A stretch of DNA of 63,733 nt, the filler included, from Octopus bimaculoides (Eukaryota), in NCBI RefSeq assembly GCF_001194135.2. It is 6 parts of 6 records of this genome, joined end to end, with 100 filler letters (N's around TTAATTAATTAA, not from the genome) between each part and the next. Parts side by side here need not be neighbours in the genome. Positions count along the whole stretch, not along the records: positions 36,365 to 57,261 come from NC_069005.1; 5 more parts are not named here. One strand, written 5' to 3'. This document shows, piece by piece, positions 37,770 through 51,620 of this stretch. The position numbers and the translations under genes were made by a program. The notes beneath the pieces were generated by a model that was not told the origin of the DNA, did no database searches, and was given only the letters and a program-made list of their open reading frames with translations. Position 1 is the stretch's first letter. Each line of letters begins with the position of its first letter.

Positions 37770-39850
37770 CTTTATTCGGAAATCCTGTGGTGATGGGAAG
37801 GTGGTGAAGCATGCAGACCTGATGGGTTGGAAGCATGTAGTCAGCAACCTGCACGTAGGCAGACCATGCTAGATATAAGTCGTCTCCTTGTTGCTCAAGG
37901 CAGCGGTAGGATTCGGTTGCTGCATGGGTGTCTGAGCAGTTCCATTTGCAGAGGGCATTGCTCACCCAGAGCCTGGGGAGGTTCTAGAAAAGGTGAACAA
38001 AAATTGCTTGTCATTCTATATCTGGTCAGTTTAGCGCAACTGACGGATGTCCACCCTGCACTTGAAAAACAAAGAGTCTTTTATTTATAAAATCTGGGCA
38101 GAACTTAAAGATTTCATGTTGGAATGTGTGCACTCTATTGGATAACAAGAGTAATTGTAGGCCTGAAAGACAAACTGCATTTGTTGCTCACGAGCTGAGC
38201 CGTTACAAAATTGATATAGCTGCACTTTCAGAGACTCGTATAGAATGTGACGGTCAGCTTGAGGAAGTAGGAGGTGGATACACCTTTTGTTGGAAAGGAA
38301 GGCAGAAGGAGGAGTGCAGAGAGGCTGGTGTTGGTTTTGTAGTCTGATCTGATATCCTACAGAAGTTGGAAGAGCTCCTTGTTCCTATAAATGAACGTAT
38401 AATGATGCTAGGGTTGCACTTGAAAGGTAAGCGGTTTGCTACTCTAATAAGTGCCTATGCACCTACTTTGACTAGCTGTGGTGAAGATAAAACAATCTTT
38501 TATACCCAGCTGAGAGCCATACTTAGAAAAATCCCCAATTCTGATAAAGTCATTCTACTGGGGGATTTTAATGCCAGGGTTGGAACAGACTGGCAAACAT
38601 GGAACTCTCTAGGACGTTTTGGAGTAGGGAAAAGGAATAGCAATGGTCTCATGCTACTGGAGCTTTGCAAAGAATATGGACTTTACATCGCAAGCACTCA
38701 TTTTATGCACAAAGGTGATCACATAGCAACGTGGATGCATCCAAGGTCTAACGTTTGGCACTTGCTGCATTATGTCATCATCCGCAAGTGTGACATCTAT
38801 GATATTTGTAATGTCAAGTTCTTTCATGGATTGGAATGCTGGACAGACCACAATCTGGTGCGAGCAAAGTTCTGGATGATGATTGGGGTGAAAGAGAGAA
38901 GAGGGCCAGTCAGCATTCCTCGGCGTCTGAATGTCCAGAACATGTCAGTACACATGCATGGTACATATCAACTTTTGTTTGCCTTGCTATGCCATGCTGG
39001 GACCAGACACGAGACTGAAGAGACCGGAAGGAATTAGTTGCTCTCTGCAACCTAAAAGATATTTCCTCATCCAGGGAGCAAGAACGGCTGAGTGTGCTGC
39101 CCAGGTAGACAAACTTGTCTACCACTTTCAGAATTGTTCTTTCAACCAAGATAGCTGGTTCCACATATGGATTTCCTGGTGCAGACTGGAACATTACAAC
39201 AGTCTTGTCGAAGCTAATGCTGAGTCCAAATGCCTTGATTCATGAAAGGGTCCTTGAACACTTTCATCAGAGATGTCTCAGACACATTCTGAATGTTGGC
39301 TGGACCTTGAAAACTCCAGACACACAAGTCCTAAGGATAGCTGATATCTTGAGTATTGAGACAATGGTGCACAAGCACCAGTTACGTTGGACTGAACACC
39401 TTATTAGAATGAAGGATAGCAGGATTCCTAAGCAGATGCTATATCGGGGAACTTGTGAATGAAAAGAAACCCCAGCAGAAACCAAGGCTGAGATTTAAGG
39501 ACTGTGTCAGGTTCTCATTAAAGGACTGTGATATGCAGGAGGCTGACTGGGAGAACAATGCCTGTCATCTCCACAGATGGAGGAAGTGGGTTAAGGAGCA
39601 GGGTTCGACACTTTTGAAAGAGCGCTCATTCTGCATGAAGAACTTAAGTGTGCTGCTCAAAAGCACACTGCTGGTGTAGTGAATGAGGAAAGCTTGGTCT
39701 GCAATGTTTGTAGTTGTGTATGCTTGTCAAGAGCAGGGCTCATTAGCCACTAATGGAGCCACAAATGCAAAATATAAGTTAGTCCTAGAATGCACAATGT
39801 ACCTGAAGGTCAGCAATGGTCTTCCTCAGTCACGAGTGGATGACCATCAT
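37770..39850 (+). mobile_element. RTE (BovB-like) LINE: APE endonuclease + inverted internal segment + 3' end; RT core deleted
   Basis: CWNVCTLLD...IDIAALSETR, SAYAPT, LLGDFNARVG, WMHPRS, CWTDHNLV. Then minus-strand KAFGLSISFDKTVVM...VDKFVYLGSTLS. Then plus-strand FHQRCLRHIL, RIPKQMLY, PRLRFKD and a terminal C2H2-like CNVC...AGLISH. Confidence 0.92.
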
Positions 39851-42179
39851 ATATATATACATACATACATATATATCTATATATACACACACACACACNN
39901 NNNNNNNNNNNNNNNNNNNNNNNNNNNNNNNNNNNNNNNNNNNNNNNNNNNNNNNNNNNNNNNNNNNNNNNNNNNNNNNNNNNNNNNNNNNNNNNNNNCA
40001 CACACATAGATACACATATATGCATTCATGAGCACACAATCATACTTGCATGTGCATTCACACATGCACACACACATACATGTGAACACACAAATGGTGC
40101 AAAGATATACGCATTTGCATGTGTATTCACACACACACTAGCAAACAAACATGCACACACACACACACATGCAAATGTAAAACATGCATATGGTTGCATG
40201 ACAACTCACTCGTGCCTGCACATGTAAACATATGTAAGCCTGCACATGTAAATGCACACAGTGATGATTGCGTGTGAAAACACATTTGCATTTGTAAACA
40301 GACATAATATATAGATGCATAAATAAACACACATTTGCATGAGTAAACATACACACGTTTTTATTTATAGACATGCTTATATCAATAACAGATACGCGTT
40401 TGAGAGTGTAAACACAAATGCAATTATTAATGTAAACGCATACACCCACTTTCAGGTGTAAGCACACATATGCTGGCATGTGTTAACATACATATACACA
40501 CACACACTATCATGAGTGAATATACACATACACACTGACAAGTAAATATACACACTTGCAGATATAAAGTACATACAAACACATACACTTGCACCTGTAA
40601 ACACACACATACTATCATGTATGAACATACACACTTGCAGATATAAATATACATATATGCATACTTACATCAACAAACATACATGTATGCCTATATTTAC
40701 ACACATTGTCTGTAAAAACACAAACAGCACTTCTATGTGTTAAGGTATACATATTCAATTCCAGAATAGAAATGAAACATCAACAAAATATATAACAATT
40801 GGAAGAAGAAGAAGAAGAAGAAGAAGAAGAAGAAGAAGAAGAAGAAGAAGATGATGATGATGATGATGATCAATTCTTAGCAGTTTTAAGATGTATTATC
40901 TTCCATCATCGCTATCACCGTTTTTGTCATCGTTAAACAAAATTGCAGTTTTGTTTACCAACGAAAAGAAAACATTTTTCAACAACACATTGTTGCATCG
41001 TAGATCTATTTATAAACTATCACGGCATAATCATATATATGTTGATGATAGTCCAAAGAAGAACGTGTGTGTGAATATGTATACATATATACAACACACA
41101 CACACATAAATAGAAAGACAGACAGATTCTTAATTTTCTTTGGCTGTGACAGATTTTCTTTAACTTTCAAATTCACATTTCATTTTATTGAAACAAATTA
41201 ACGAAAGTAAAATAAAAAGTGGTCAAAACTGACCACCATTTGCTAGTTGTAGCAGTAGCAGCAACAGCCACAGCTGCTGTAGTTCTTATTGTTTACCAAG
41301 CAGGCCAATGGTCAAAGATGTCCCAGCCAAGCCCATTCTTACTGTTTCCTGTCCACCTAAAATTAATTTATTCAAGCTGTCCTGCACCCTGCCTTCTTTC
41401 TAAAGAAATTAGGGTGTAATTTCAGGGAGATTTGACTGCTGGATGCTATTCCTAGCAGATCAAGTAACTATATAAAGATTCCCTTTTGTTAATAGTGGTA
41501 GTAGTAATAATAATAATAATCCTTTCTACTGTAGGCACAAGGCCTGAAATTTTGGGGGAGGGGGTAAGTTGATCACAAATAATAATAATCTTTTTTACTA
41601 AAGGCACAAGGCCTGAAATTTTGGGGGAGGGGGAAAATTGATTACATCAACTTCAGTGCAACTGGTACTTATTCCATCGACCCCTAAAAAGAGGATAATA
41701 AATAATAATAATTTAAACTCAGAATGTAAAAACGGGTGAAATGCCGCTAGACATTCTACTATAGGTAGAAGGCCTGAAGTTTTGTAGGAGGACACTATCA
41801 ACTACAAAGACCCCAGTGCTTAGTTGGTGCTTATTTTACTGACACCAAAAACAAAGAAAGGCAAAATAGACTTCAGTGGGATTTGAACCCAGAATGTAAA
41901 GACAGACGAAATGCTGAATAATAATAATAATAATAATAATGATTTCAAATTCTGGCACAAGGCTAGGAATTTCAGGGAAGAGCATAAGTTGATTACATCA
42001 ACCCCAGTGCTCAACTGGTATTTATTTTATCAACTCTGAAAGGATGAAAGGCAAAGTCAACCTCAACAGAATAATGATAATAATAATAATAGTAATGGTA
42101 ATAATAATAGTGATGATGATGATGATGATGATTTCTTTATTAACCACAAGGTTAAGAAAACATTATGAACAGTACAAGA

Positions 42180-43545
42180 CAAAACAAAAAAATGTGTGTG
42201 TGTATGTGAGTGTGTTGTTGTGAGGGTTTTGCATGTAAACAAGACTAACATAATAAGAGAAAAAAAAATCAACAAAGTGTAATCCTCAATAGCGAAGAGA
42301 CATTTGGGAGCTGCTCATGGAAAAAAACCTCATAAAAACCATGGACCCCCTTGCTTTTGGAGCAGGGGCCTCTTATCCTTCCTTTTCTCCCAACTACAGG
42401 GATATGCTCAGGGAAGGCCTATTCACTTGCACCATTCTTGCCACTTTCATTCACCTTTCAGCAAACTGGTCAGAAGACAACACTTCCGTCTCTACCCTTA
42501 TCTTCCTTTTCAAATGAAACTTGAAGTTCATCAGGGATTGGCCAAAGAGAAAAGTGCTGGACTTCAGGTCCTTCAGTCTCATCCACCAAACAACCTCTTT
42601 TGCCAAGGCATATAAACACAGCCTTCTCTTCCCAGTTAAAGGAAAGCAGTGAGGCTATCTTCACAATGGATTCAGTTGACAGCCAGATTTGTCCCACATG
42701 CAACAACAGGTGGTCAACATAAAGCTACAGGTCAACAATGCTCAAGCATTCAGGACCATCTCATCATCCTGCGCACACCTTGGACATGCCCAGCGGCTGA
42801 CAGCACTTCTGTGCCTGTAAAGTTTGTCTCATAGGCAAAGCTCCCTAGTAGCATTGTCAGGCCAGAGATTTTTGGAAATTATCTATTGATCCTGGGCCAA
42901 AAGTTCTCTGGAAAAGAGCATCTAGCTGATCTCCAATGCCCAAGGTCTCACCAAGAACATTGTCACACCTTCCCTCCATTAACCCTCTTTAGAAAGCTAG
43001 AGTGGACATTCCACTTATCACAGTTCTGACTGGCTGAGGGCTGTAAGTGGTTGAAGACATTCCATTTCCCAAACACTCCACCTCAGTCTCTGTTTTACCC
43101 AGGACCTCAGCTCTGTTAAAGAAACTAGCTGGGGAAATACACATCTGGTGAACGGTGACCACAACTGTTCACTGCCAAAAAAGCATTGGAGATGTCATAG
43201 CCTCAGTGTATGTCTGCACATCATCAACCACAGCATGCCCAGGTCACCACACAGTGAGTGTTGACAGCAGATAGACCACCTGACCATCAGGACATGTTCC
43301 TTCTGCAAGAAGCAGAAAAATATATGCTCCAACAATGGTGGCCAGGACAAGGCACAACAGTCAAGTGGTAATAGATGATGGATGCAATGTACGCGTTAGC
43401 CACCTCTGCCCAACCTTTCAAGGATAGCTTCCTCTTGGCCCACTTCTGAGTGAGAGTAGTCACCCTGCTCATTACCTCATCCCAGTTTTTGTCTATCTGG
43501 AGGTCTGGACAAAACCAGACCCTGAGTATCTAATTTAGGCATAAG
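42180..43545 (-). mobile_element. Tx1/L1-like LINE, post-RT region to 3' UTR (decayed)
   Basis: WAKRKLSLKGWAEVANAYIASIIYYHLTVVPCP and HVGQIWLSTESIV; its 3' part is homologous to 3130-3570. Confidence 0.75.
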
Positions 43546-43727
43546 GCAAGGAGTTTTGAGTCTTTGACTAGTACTTTATTGATACCAGTACTTGAGTGGT
43601 ACTTTTTGTAACTCTCAAAAGGGATGAAATGCAAAGTTAACTCTGGTATGATTTGAACTCAGAAAGTAGAGAGTATGAAGAAGTATTGCAAGGCATTGGT
43701 GTCTGACACTCTAATGATTCGCAGCCC

Positions 43728-43764
<37 letters not shown>

Positions 43765-44639
43765 GGCCATCAATTTCAGGGAGGGGGTTTGTCAATAACA
43801 TCAACCCCCAGTGCTCAACTAGTACTTATTTCATTGACCCTGGAAGGATGAAAGGCAAATGTCAACATTGGCGGAATTTGAACTGAAAATGTGAAGAGGC
43901 AGAAAAATGTCACTAAGCGTCCTGCCTAACATGCTAACGTTTCCGCCAGCTCAATGCCATGATGATCATGATGATGATGATGATTTCAAATTTTGGCACA
44001 GGGACAGCAATTCTGAGGAGAGGTGGGGTAAAACAATAATAGCAGCATTGGTAGATATGAAGAAGACTACAAATAAAACTTAACTTTAAGACAACCAAAG
44101 AAACAAATATAAAAACATTACCAAAGTAAACAACACCAACAACATCAATAAAATTAAACATAAATCATAAATAAAAAATTAATTTTGCTTATTGGTTTTT
44201 TTTTTTTTTTTTGCTAAATATGTGAATGAAAGACAAGTAGAAGATGAAGAAAGAGTTTAAAAAAAAATAGTAAAATCAAATGAAAAAAAGGAGAAAGATA
44301 TTTACTTGGGTGTCCTGTTCAGGACAGACACATCGCGAACCAAGACTAGATTTCTTGCGTTTATCCTTTTTGTATTTTTTCCACATTTCTGACTCACTGA
44401 TACAACGTGACAAACAGATTTAAATGTTTTACTTTCTTCACCTGGTTTATTATGGGCTTTTGCTTTTGTTTGCCTTTTGTTTGGGATTTTTTCTTTTTTT
44501 TTTCTTGGTGGGGAAGGGGATTTTTCTTACTATTTATAGTAATTTGGTATTGAAAGTGAGGGCATTTTACCTTTTTTTCCTTCACATCTAGGGTGTTATT
44601 TTTTAGGAGGGGGGTTCATTTGAAATAAATGATTATATA

Positions 44640-44680
<41 letters not shown>

Positions 44681-45489
44681 TAGAGAAACAGAGAGAGAGA
44701 GAGATTCATGCACACACGCTTGCAATGAAGGTATGTGTGTTTATGTGTTGTATTTATGCACTTATACTTGCAATGAGGGTATGTGTGTTTATATATACTT
44801 ATGTATATATATATATGTATGTATACACACACACACACACACACAATTATAAGGAAAAGTGTGTGAGTGTGTCTGTGTGTATATGTATATATATGTATGT
44901 ATGTGTGTATGTATAGTGAGAAGTAAACTCAGAGCAATGAAATGATAGTAAAAGAAAGCAAAACTAGAAAGATGATAGAGAGAAGAAAAAAGCTAAAAGC
45001 AAAACAAGTGGAAGTATAAAAAAAGAAAACAGAGTTATGAGTATGTGTTTTTGCGTGTATGCATAGCTATATGTGTGTGTGTATGTTTTAATTATCTTAC
45101 CTAATTAGGCACCCCCCCAAAAAAAAATTGGCTCCCCCCCATGGGGAGAACAACACGATGAAATGTTGAATGTATTGTAGAATTGGTGTATCCTTCCAGA
45201 AAACAGTCCGTTTAGAAAGCTGCCGAGAAACTAACCTGTATTGCAACAGGAGTGTGGTTATTGAAGGCAGCAGCAGCAGCTGTGTGTACTGTCTCACATA
45301 CATGTACAGACACACACACACACAGGGAAACTCAGACGCATACAAATACACATAAACATATACACATAATCGTATACACACAGAAACCTCACACATGCAT
45401 GCATACAGACAGACATCAGAGATTGACATATACACAGGCACTGACAAACGCGCACAAACCCATACATGCAGACATATAATAATAATCTT

Positions 45490-45717
45490 TTCTACTATAG
45501 GCACAAAGCCTGAAATTTGGGGGGAGGGAGCCAGTTGATTAGATCAACCCCAGTATGCAGCTGGTACTTAATTTGTCAACCCCAAAAGGACGAAAGGCAA
45601 AATTGACTTCAGCAGAATTTGAACTCAGAATGTAGTGGCAGACGAAATACCGCTAAGCAATTCACCCAGTGTGCTAACGATTCTGCCAGCTCACCACCTT
45701 AGAGACATATAATAATG

Positions 45718-45751
<34 letters not shown>

Positions 45752-45753
45752 TG

Positions 45754-45797
<44 letters not shown>

Positions 45798-45988
45798 CCT
45801 TTCTACTATAGGCACAAGGCCTGAATTACATCAACTCCAGTGTTTCACTGGTACTTAATATATCGACCCCGAAAGGATGAAAGGCAAAGTCAACCTTGGC
45901 AGAATTCAAACTCAGAATATAGTGACAGGCAGAATACTGCTAAGCATTTCATCCCATATGTTATCAATTCTGCCAGCTCACCATGATG

Positions 45989-46029
<41 letters not shown>

Positions 46030-46215
46030 CATGGTTTTAGATTTTGCCACAAGGTCAGCAATTTTGGGGGAAAGGATGAGTTGATTACATTGACCCCAGT
46101 GTTCAACTGGTACTTATTTTATTGACCCCTAAATGATGAAAGGTAAAGTTGATCTCGGTAGAATTTGAACTCAGAACATAGTGATGGGCAAAATACCACT
46201 AAGCATTTTGTCCAG
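45490..46215 (-). mobile_element. Three tandem family B SINE-like copies separated by (AAT)n
   Basis: Copies at about 45490-45700, 45797-45982 and 46030-46215. Similar arrays at 41520-42065(-), 43535-43950(-), 29120-29595(-) and 47076-47660(+). Confidence 0.8.
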
Positions 46216-46225
46216 TGCACTAATA

Positions 46226-46277
<52 letters not shown>

Positions 46278-48132
46278 ATGTATACAGAAACAAAGATGTC
46301 TTTTTTGTTTTGTCTTTTTTTCAATAGGAAATCTATTAAAAGTTATTATCTATTATCCAACTACTTGGCAAAAATATAATCCTAACTGAAGTTAATGATT
46401 TTCCAACAGGGACTCAGCTAAACATTCAAGGCATCATTCATTACCAGTGTGCATGGCTTTGTGGTTAAAAAGCTTATTCAGCAACCATGTGATTCTGGCT
46501 TTAGTACCATGGTGCAGCACTTCAAGTGCTTTCTGTCATGGTCTTGGGTTCACTAATACTTTGTGATTGAAATTTCAATTAATTTTAGGTGGACAGAAAA
46601 CAGTAAGAATGGGCTTGGCTGGGACATCTTTGACCATTGGCCTGCTTGGTAAACAATAAGTGAAAAACAGAGACTGTGCAGAAGCACATGTGTGTGTGTG
46701 TGTGTACATGTATGCATCATCTTCATCATCTAACGTCCATTGTCCATACTGGCATAGGTTGGACGGTGTGACCAGAGTTGACAAGCTGGGGGGCACCAGA
46801 CTCCAGTCTGATTTGGTATGGATTCTACAGCTGGATGTCCTTCCTAATGCCAACTCCTTTACAGTGTGCTGGGTGCTTTTACATGGCACCACATGGGCAC
46901 TTTTATGTGGCGCCACCCATGTGCTTTTATATGGCACCGAACAGGTACTTTTACATGGTACTGCACAGGTGCTTTTATGTAGCGCCACATGGGTGCCACA
47001 CAGGTGCTTTTACATGGCACTACACAGGCGTTTTTACATGACACCACTACAATGTGCATTATTATTGAAGTAAAAATCAAGTGGAGAACAGGCAGAATCA
47101 TCAGCACACAAGGCAAAATGCTCATGAGTATTTCATCCAAGTTTATGTTCTGAGTTCATATTCCACTGAAGTCGACTTTGCTTTTCATCCTTTTGGGGTT
47201 AACAAAATAAGTACCAGTTGAAGACTGAGGTCAATGCAATCAACTTAGCACCTCCCTTGAAATAGCTAGCCTTGTGCCAAAATTTGCTATCAGTATTTCA
47301 TCCATATTTATGTTTGGAGTTCAAATTGTGCTGAGGTCGACCTTGCTTTTCATCTTTTCAGCGTTGATAAAATAAGTATCAGTCAAGTGATGAGGTCAAT
47401 GTAATCGATTTCCCCCTCCCTTCAAAAACTGCTGGCTCCATTGCCAAAATTTGAAATAAGGTAGAATTGTTGGTATGCCAGACAAAATACTTAGCAGCGT
47501 TTCTTCCAGCTTTATGTTTCAAGTTCAAATTCCACAGAGATCAATTTTACCATTCATCCTTTTGGGGTCAATAAAATAAGTACCAGTTGAGCACTGGGAT
47601 GAATGTATTCAACTTACCCCCTACCCTAAAACTGCTTGTCTGGTGCCAAAATTTGAAACAGTTATTATCTAGTAGAATAATACATAGTCCCTTGACCTAT
47701 GAGGGAAGGCAGTAACTGATGATGATGATGGTAATATATATTTCATCAGTGTGTATCAACAAAGGTTGTAAATATTCGCAAGAAAAAAAATTAAAAGTAT
47801 TGCTTCTCAAAGTTCCTTATTTTTCTTTGATTCAGTTTCTGGACTGTGACCATACTGAGGCACCACCTTAAAGGATTTGCTCAAATAATCCATCCCAGTA
47901 CTTATTGTTACCACTAAGTTATGGAGACATAAACAAACCAGCATTGGCTGCCAAGCAGTGGTGGAAGACAAACACAAACACACACTGACCATTTATGCAC
48001 TCTCCTGTCTTCTAAAACCCACTTTCTCTATCTCTCTCTCTCCACTTCTGGTCATTTCAGCCATGTAATGACACACATGCTTTCCTCGGACTATTCTTTT
48101 CTTTCTCTGTGGACCTTTCCTCTTTCTTATTT

Positions 48133-48159
48133 CTGATAAAGAACTATGCCTGAAATGTC
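48133..48159 (+). ncRNA. Strongly decayed short hammerhead-like motif
   Basis: ctgataaagaactatgcctgaaatgtc aligns to the consensus CTGANGAAGAG-loop-CTCGAAACGTC. Confidence 0.35.
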
Positions 48160-51100
48160 ATTCCCCCCACCCCACCCTGTTTTTTCCATCTTAAATTTTC
48201 TCTGAGCATCAACCTAATGCATTCACTGTGTGCATCCTTTAGGCTTTTATTGCTTTTATTTGCCTATATATATAGGTGCAGCTGTGGCTGTGTAGTAAGA
48301 AGTTTGCATTCTGGGTTTAGTTCCAATGAGTGGCACATTGGGCAAGTTTCTTCCACTATAGGCTTGGGCCAACCAAAGCCTGGTGAGTGTATTTGATAGA
48401 TAGAAACTGAAAGAAACTTGCCATGTGTGTATGTGTCTGTGTTAGACCATTGCAACCACTTGACAGCTGGTGTTGGTGTGTTTACATCACCATAATTTAG
48501 CAGGTCGGCAAAAGAGACCAATAGAATAAATACAGGGGTTAAAAAAACAAAGTCCTGCAGTCAATTCATTTGACTAAAATGTTTCAAGGGGTGCCCCAGC
48601 ATAGCCACAGTCTAATAACTGAAATAAGATATATATATATATCTACACACACTGGGCTTCTTTCAGTTTCCATCAACCAAATCCACTCACAAGGCACTGG
48701 TCAGTCTGGAGCTTTAGTTGAAGATACTTGCCCAAGTTACAGACACTTTCATGTCACACTATGAAATACAGTGAATCTGTGATTGGACCATTGGAAACTT
48801 AAGAGAATAACAAAAAGAAAAAGAAAAAGGAAAGAAAATTGATTGTATATAATTCCTAAATGTTTTAAATGAACATAGACCAACTAAGTCCATGATCCCA
48901 AACTCTTAATAACCAATATTAATATTAGCCATCAACATCAATATGAAATAAATAGTTATGTGAGCCAAAAAATTGCCAAATTCACCATACTAAACCATAA
49001 TAGATTCAAAAATAAATTTCAAAAAATTATCTTTGACAGAGAAATTACTTATTTCTACTGTAGCTCTTTCTACATTTCACCTATTTTCATCTCCCCCACT
49101 GTTTTCCAGCTCCTTTTGATGATTCCCACCTTCTCTTCTAAAAGGTAACTAGTTATACAGCTCTACTACAGCAAAAAGTCTACTCTGCTCAGGCCCCTTC
49201 ATACTTTTACCCATCTTTTGGATGATGGCTTAGCTGGCCAAAACTTCTAAGTCATTTTCAATAGTATTCTTGTATAAGAATAATAAATTTGTACTCTACA
49301 TGAGTATAGAGCAACCCATCAGGAATTATCTAAAATTGTTTTCATTATAACTGAACATAAAAACAAACATTAATACACACACACACACACACACACACAT
49401 ATATGGAATGATGAGAATGAGTGCTCAACATCGCATTGGTGGATAAAGATACTTCATTTGTGTATTAAGGCTACTATTGGATTCATGTTAAGGAAATTCT
49501 CAACAATTATCCAAGCCAATTACATGAAAAAAAATGGTGTTTGTCTCCATTTTGGTGTTTTAATTCAACAGACTTTTTTCATTTTACACCAACCAAATTC
49601 ACTCACAATGATTTGGTTGACTTGCAGCTATAATAGAAGACACTTGCCCAAGGTGCCACACAGTTGGCCTGTATCGAAGGCCACATGGTTGAGAAGCAAG
49701 CTTCTGACCACACAGCCATAGCTGCACCTGTCTGAAAGAAAGAAAATGTTTTTTGAATTGTAAATGCTGCAAGCATAGTTGCAGAGTTAAGACAACATGG
49801 TCTTAGATGTGATCCTACTGAGCAAGAATTTTCTGTTATAGGTGCTGATATGGCTATATGAGTAATAAGCTTGCTTCCCAACCATGTGGTCTTGGGTTCA
49901 GTCCCACTGTGCAGCACCTTGGGCAAGAAGAGTCTTTTAGAATAGATGTGGGCCAACCAATGCCTTGTGAGTGGATTTGGATTTGGTAAATGGAAACTGA
50001 AAAAGGCCATACATGTGTGTGTGTTTGTGTGCATGTGTTTTACATGTGCAGTATGTGTGAGTGTGTGCACATTTGGCCACGACCACCTGATGACTGGTTT
50101 GGGTTTGTTTATGTCCCCATATTTTAGCAGTTCGGCAAAAGAGATCAATAGAATAGGCACCAGACTGTCAAAGTACTAAGGCTGAAGTGGTTAAACCCTT
50201 CATGGCAATGCTCCAGCATGACCACAGCACAACAACTGAAACAAGTAAAAGAAAATAAAAGACGAAAGACAGCCTCAAGTTGACCAATACCTTGTGAGTG
50301 ATATTTGGCAGGTTAGAAGCTCTGCAGAAACCCGTTGCATATCTTTGATTTGATGCACATCATTGGAAGATGTGCACATCAAAAGTTTAAACTGGTGCAT
50401 TGAAACAAATACATATTTCATGCAATATTTCTCTGCCAAAGCTGCAAAGATGCTCTCTTGTCACTAATGTCGTTGAAACTGCTACAAACCAGAGACTGGT
50501 CCATTGTAAGCTGATAATCGCAAATGACATATTGATATATTGTTCTCAAAATGCAAGACATGTGGTAAAAAAGAAATTTAAAGATATATACTCACCAGAG
50601 AATTCTGCGGGGCAGAGAAAAAAAAACAAAAAAAACTGTTCACTTTATGCTTTTGAAAATGGCAAATTTACATATTTTAGAACAAAAAAGTTCACCATCC
50701 TGCCAACACACATACACACAGTGATGTGTCAAGAACATTTTTCCAAAGATAAAAGAATTTCCTATCAGCAACAAGATGAAAATCAGGCAGCCGGTAGTTC
50801 CCAGACATTAGTCATTAGACAACAGCAAAATCATTTGAAAATAACCATTTCTTTCATTACTTTGACAGATTCACTTTAACAAACAAGCTTTGCAATTAGA
50901 ATAATTATAGCCACATAATATTAGCTGTTAGTAGTAGTAGTAGTAGTAGCAGGAGGAGGAGGAGGAGGAGAATTTTAAAGAATCGGTGGAGTATTGGGCA
51001 AAAAAGCGTTAAGTGATAAATATTGCCATGTCATTCTTTCATGGTTGATGAAAATAAAGTACCAGTCATATACTGAGGTAAATATAATTAACTGACTGTT

Positions 51101-51573
51101 CCCCCACCACCACAAATTTATGGCCTTCTTTCAAATATAAGTAGTAGTAGTAGTGGTGGTGGTGGGGGGGATTGCAGTGATAGTAGTGGTGGTTGTGGTG
51201 GTGGTGGTGGTGATAGTGGTGGAGGTAGTGGTGGTAGTAGTAGTGGCAGCAGCAACAACAGTGATAGTGGTGGTGGTGGTGGTGGTGGTGGTAGTAGTAA
51301 GGCAATGGACTGGAAGAATCAGTGAAGTACCAAGGGGGAATAAAAAGCCTTATGGCATTTCTGTTCTGAGTACAAATCTTGCCAAGATCACCTTTACCTT
51401 TCATCCTGCTATGGTTGATAAAATAGAGTACCAGTCACACATTGGGGTCAATATGACTGACTGTTTCTCATACCACCACCACCACAAATTTCTGGCTTTG
51501 TGCCTTTCTAAGAAATTATTGCAGCAGCAGTCATATTAATAGTAACAGCAGCAGCAACAGTAGGTGGAGGTGT

Positions 51574-51620
<47 letters not shown>

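Noticed and set aside
41285-46660. 84-bp inverted repeats as TIRs of a 5.4-kb transposon or as inversion breakpoints
   Set aside because: There is no TSD or transposase, and the host SINE is collinear across the right-hand copy.
46865-47045. CRISPR-like array
   Set aside because: It is a contiguous degenerate tandem repeat without unique spacers, inside a eukaryotic SINE.
50400-50879. 159-aa ORF in non-repetitive sequence
   Set aside because: It has a TTG start, no recognisable motif and no convincing splice signals.
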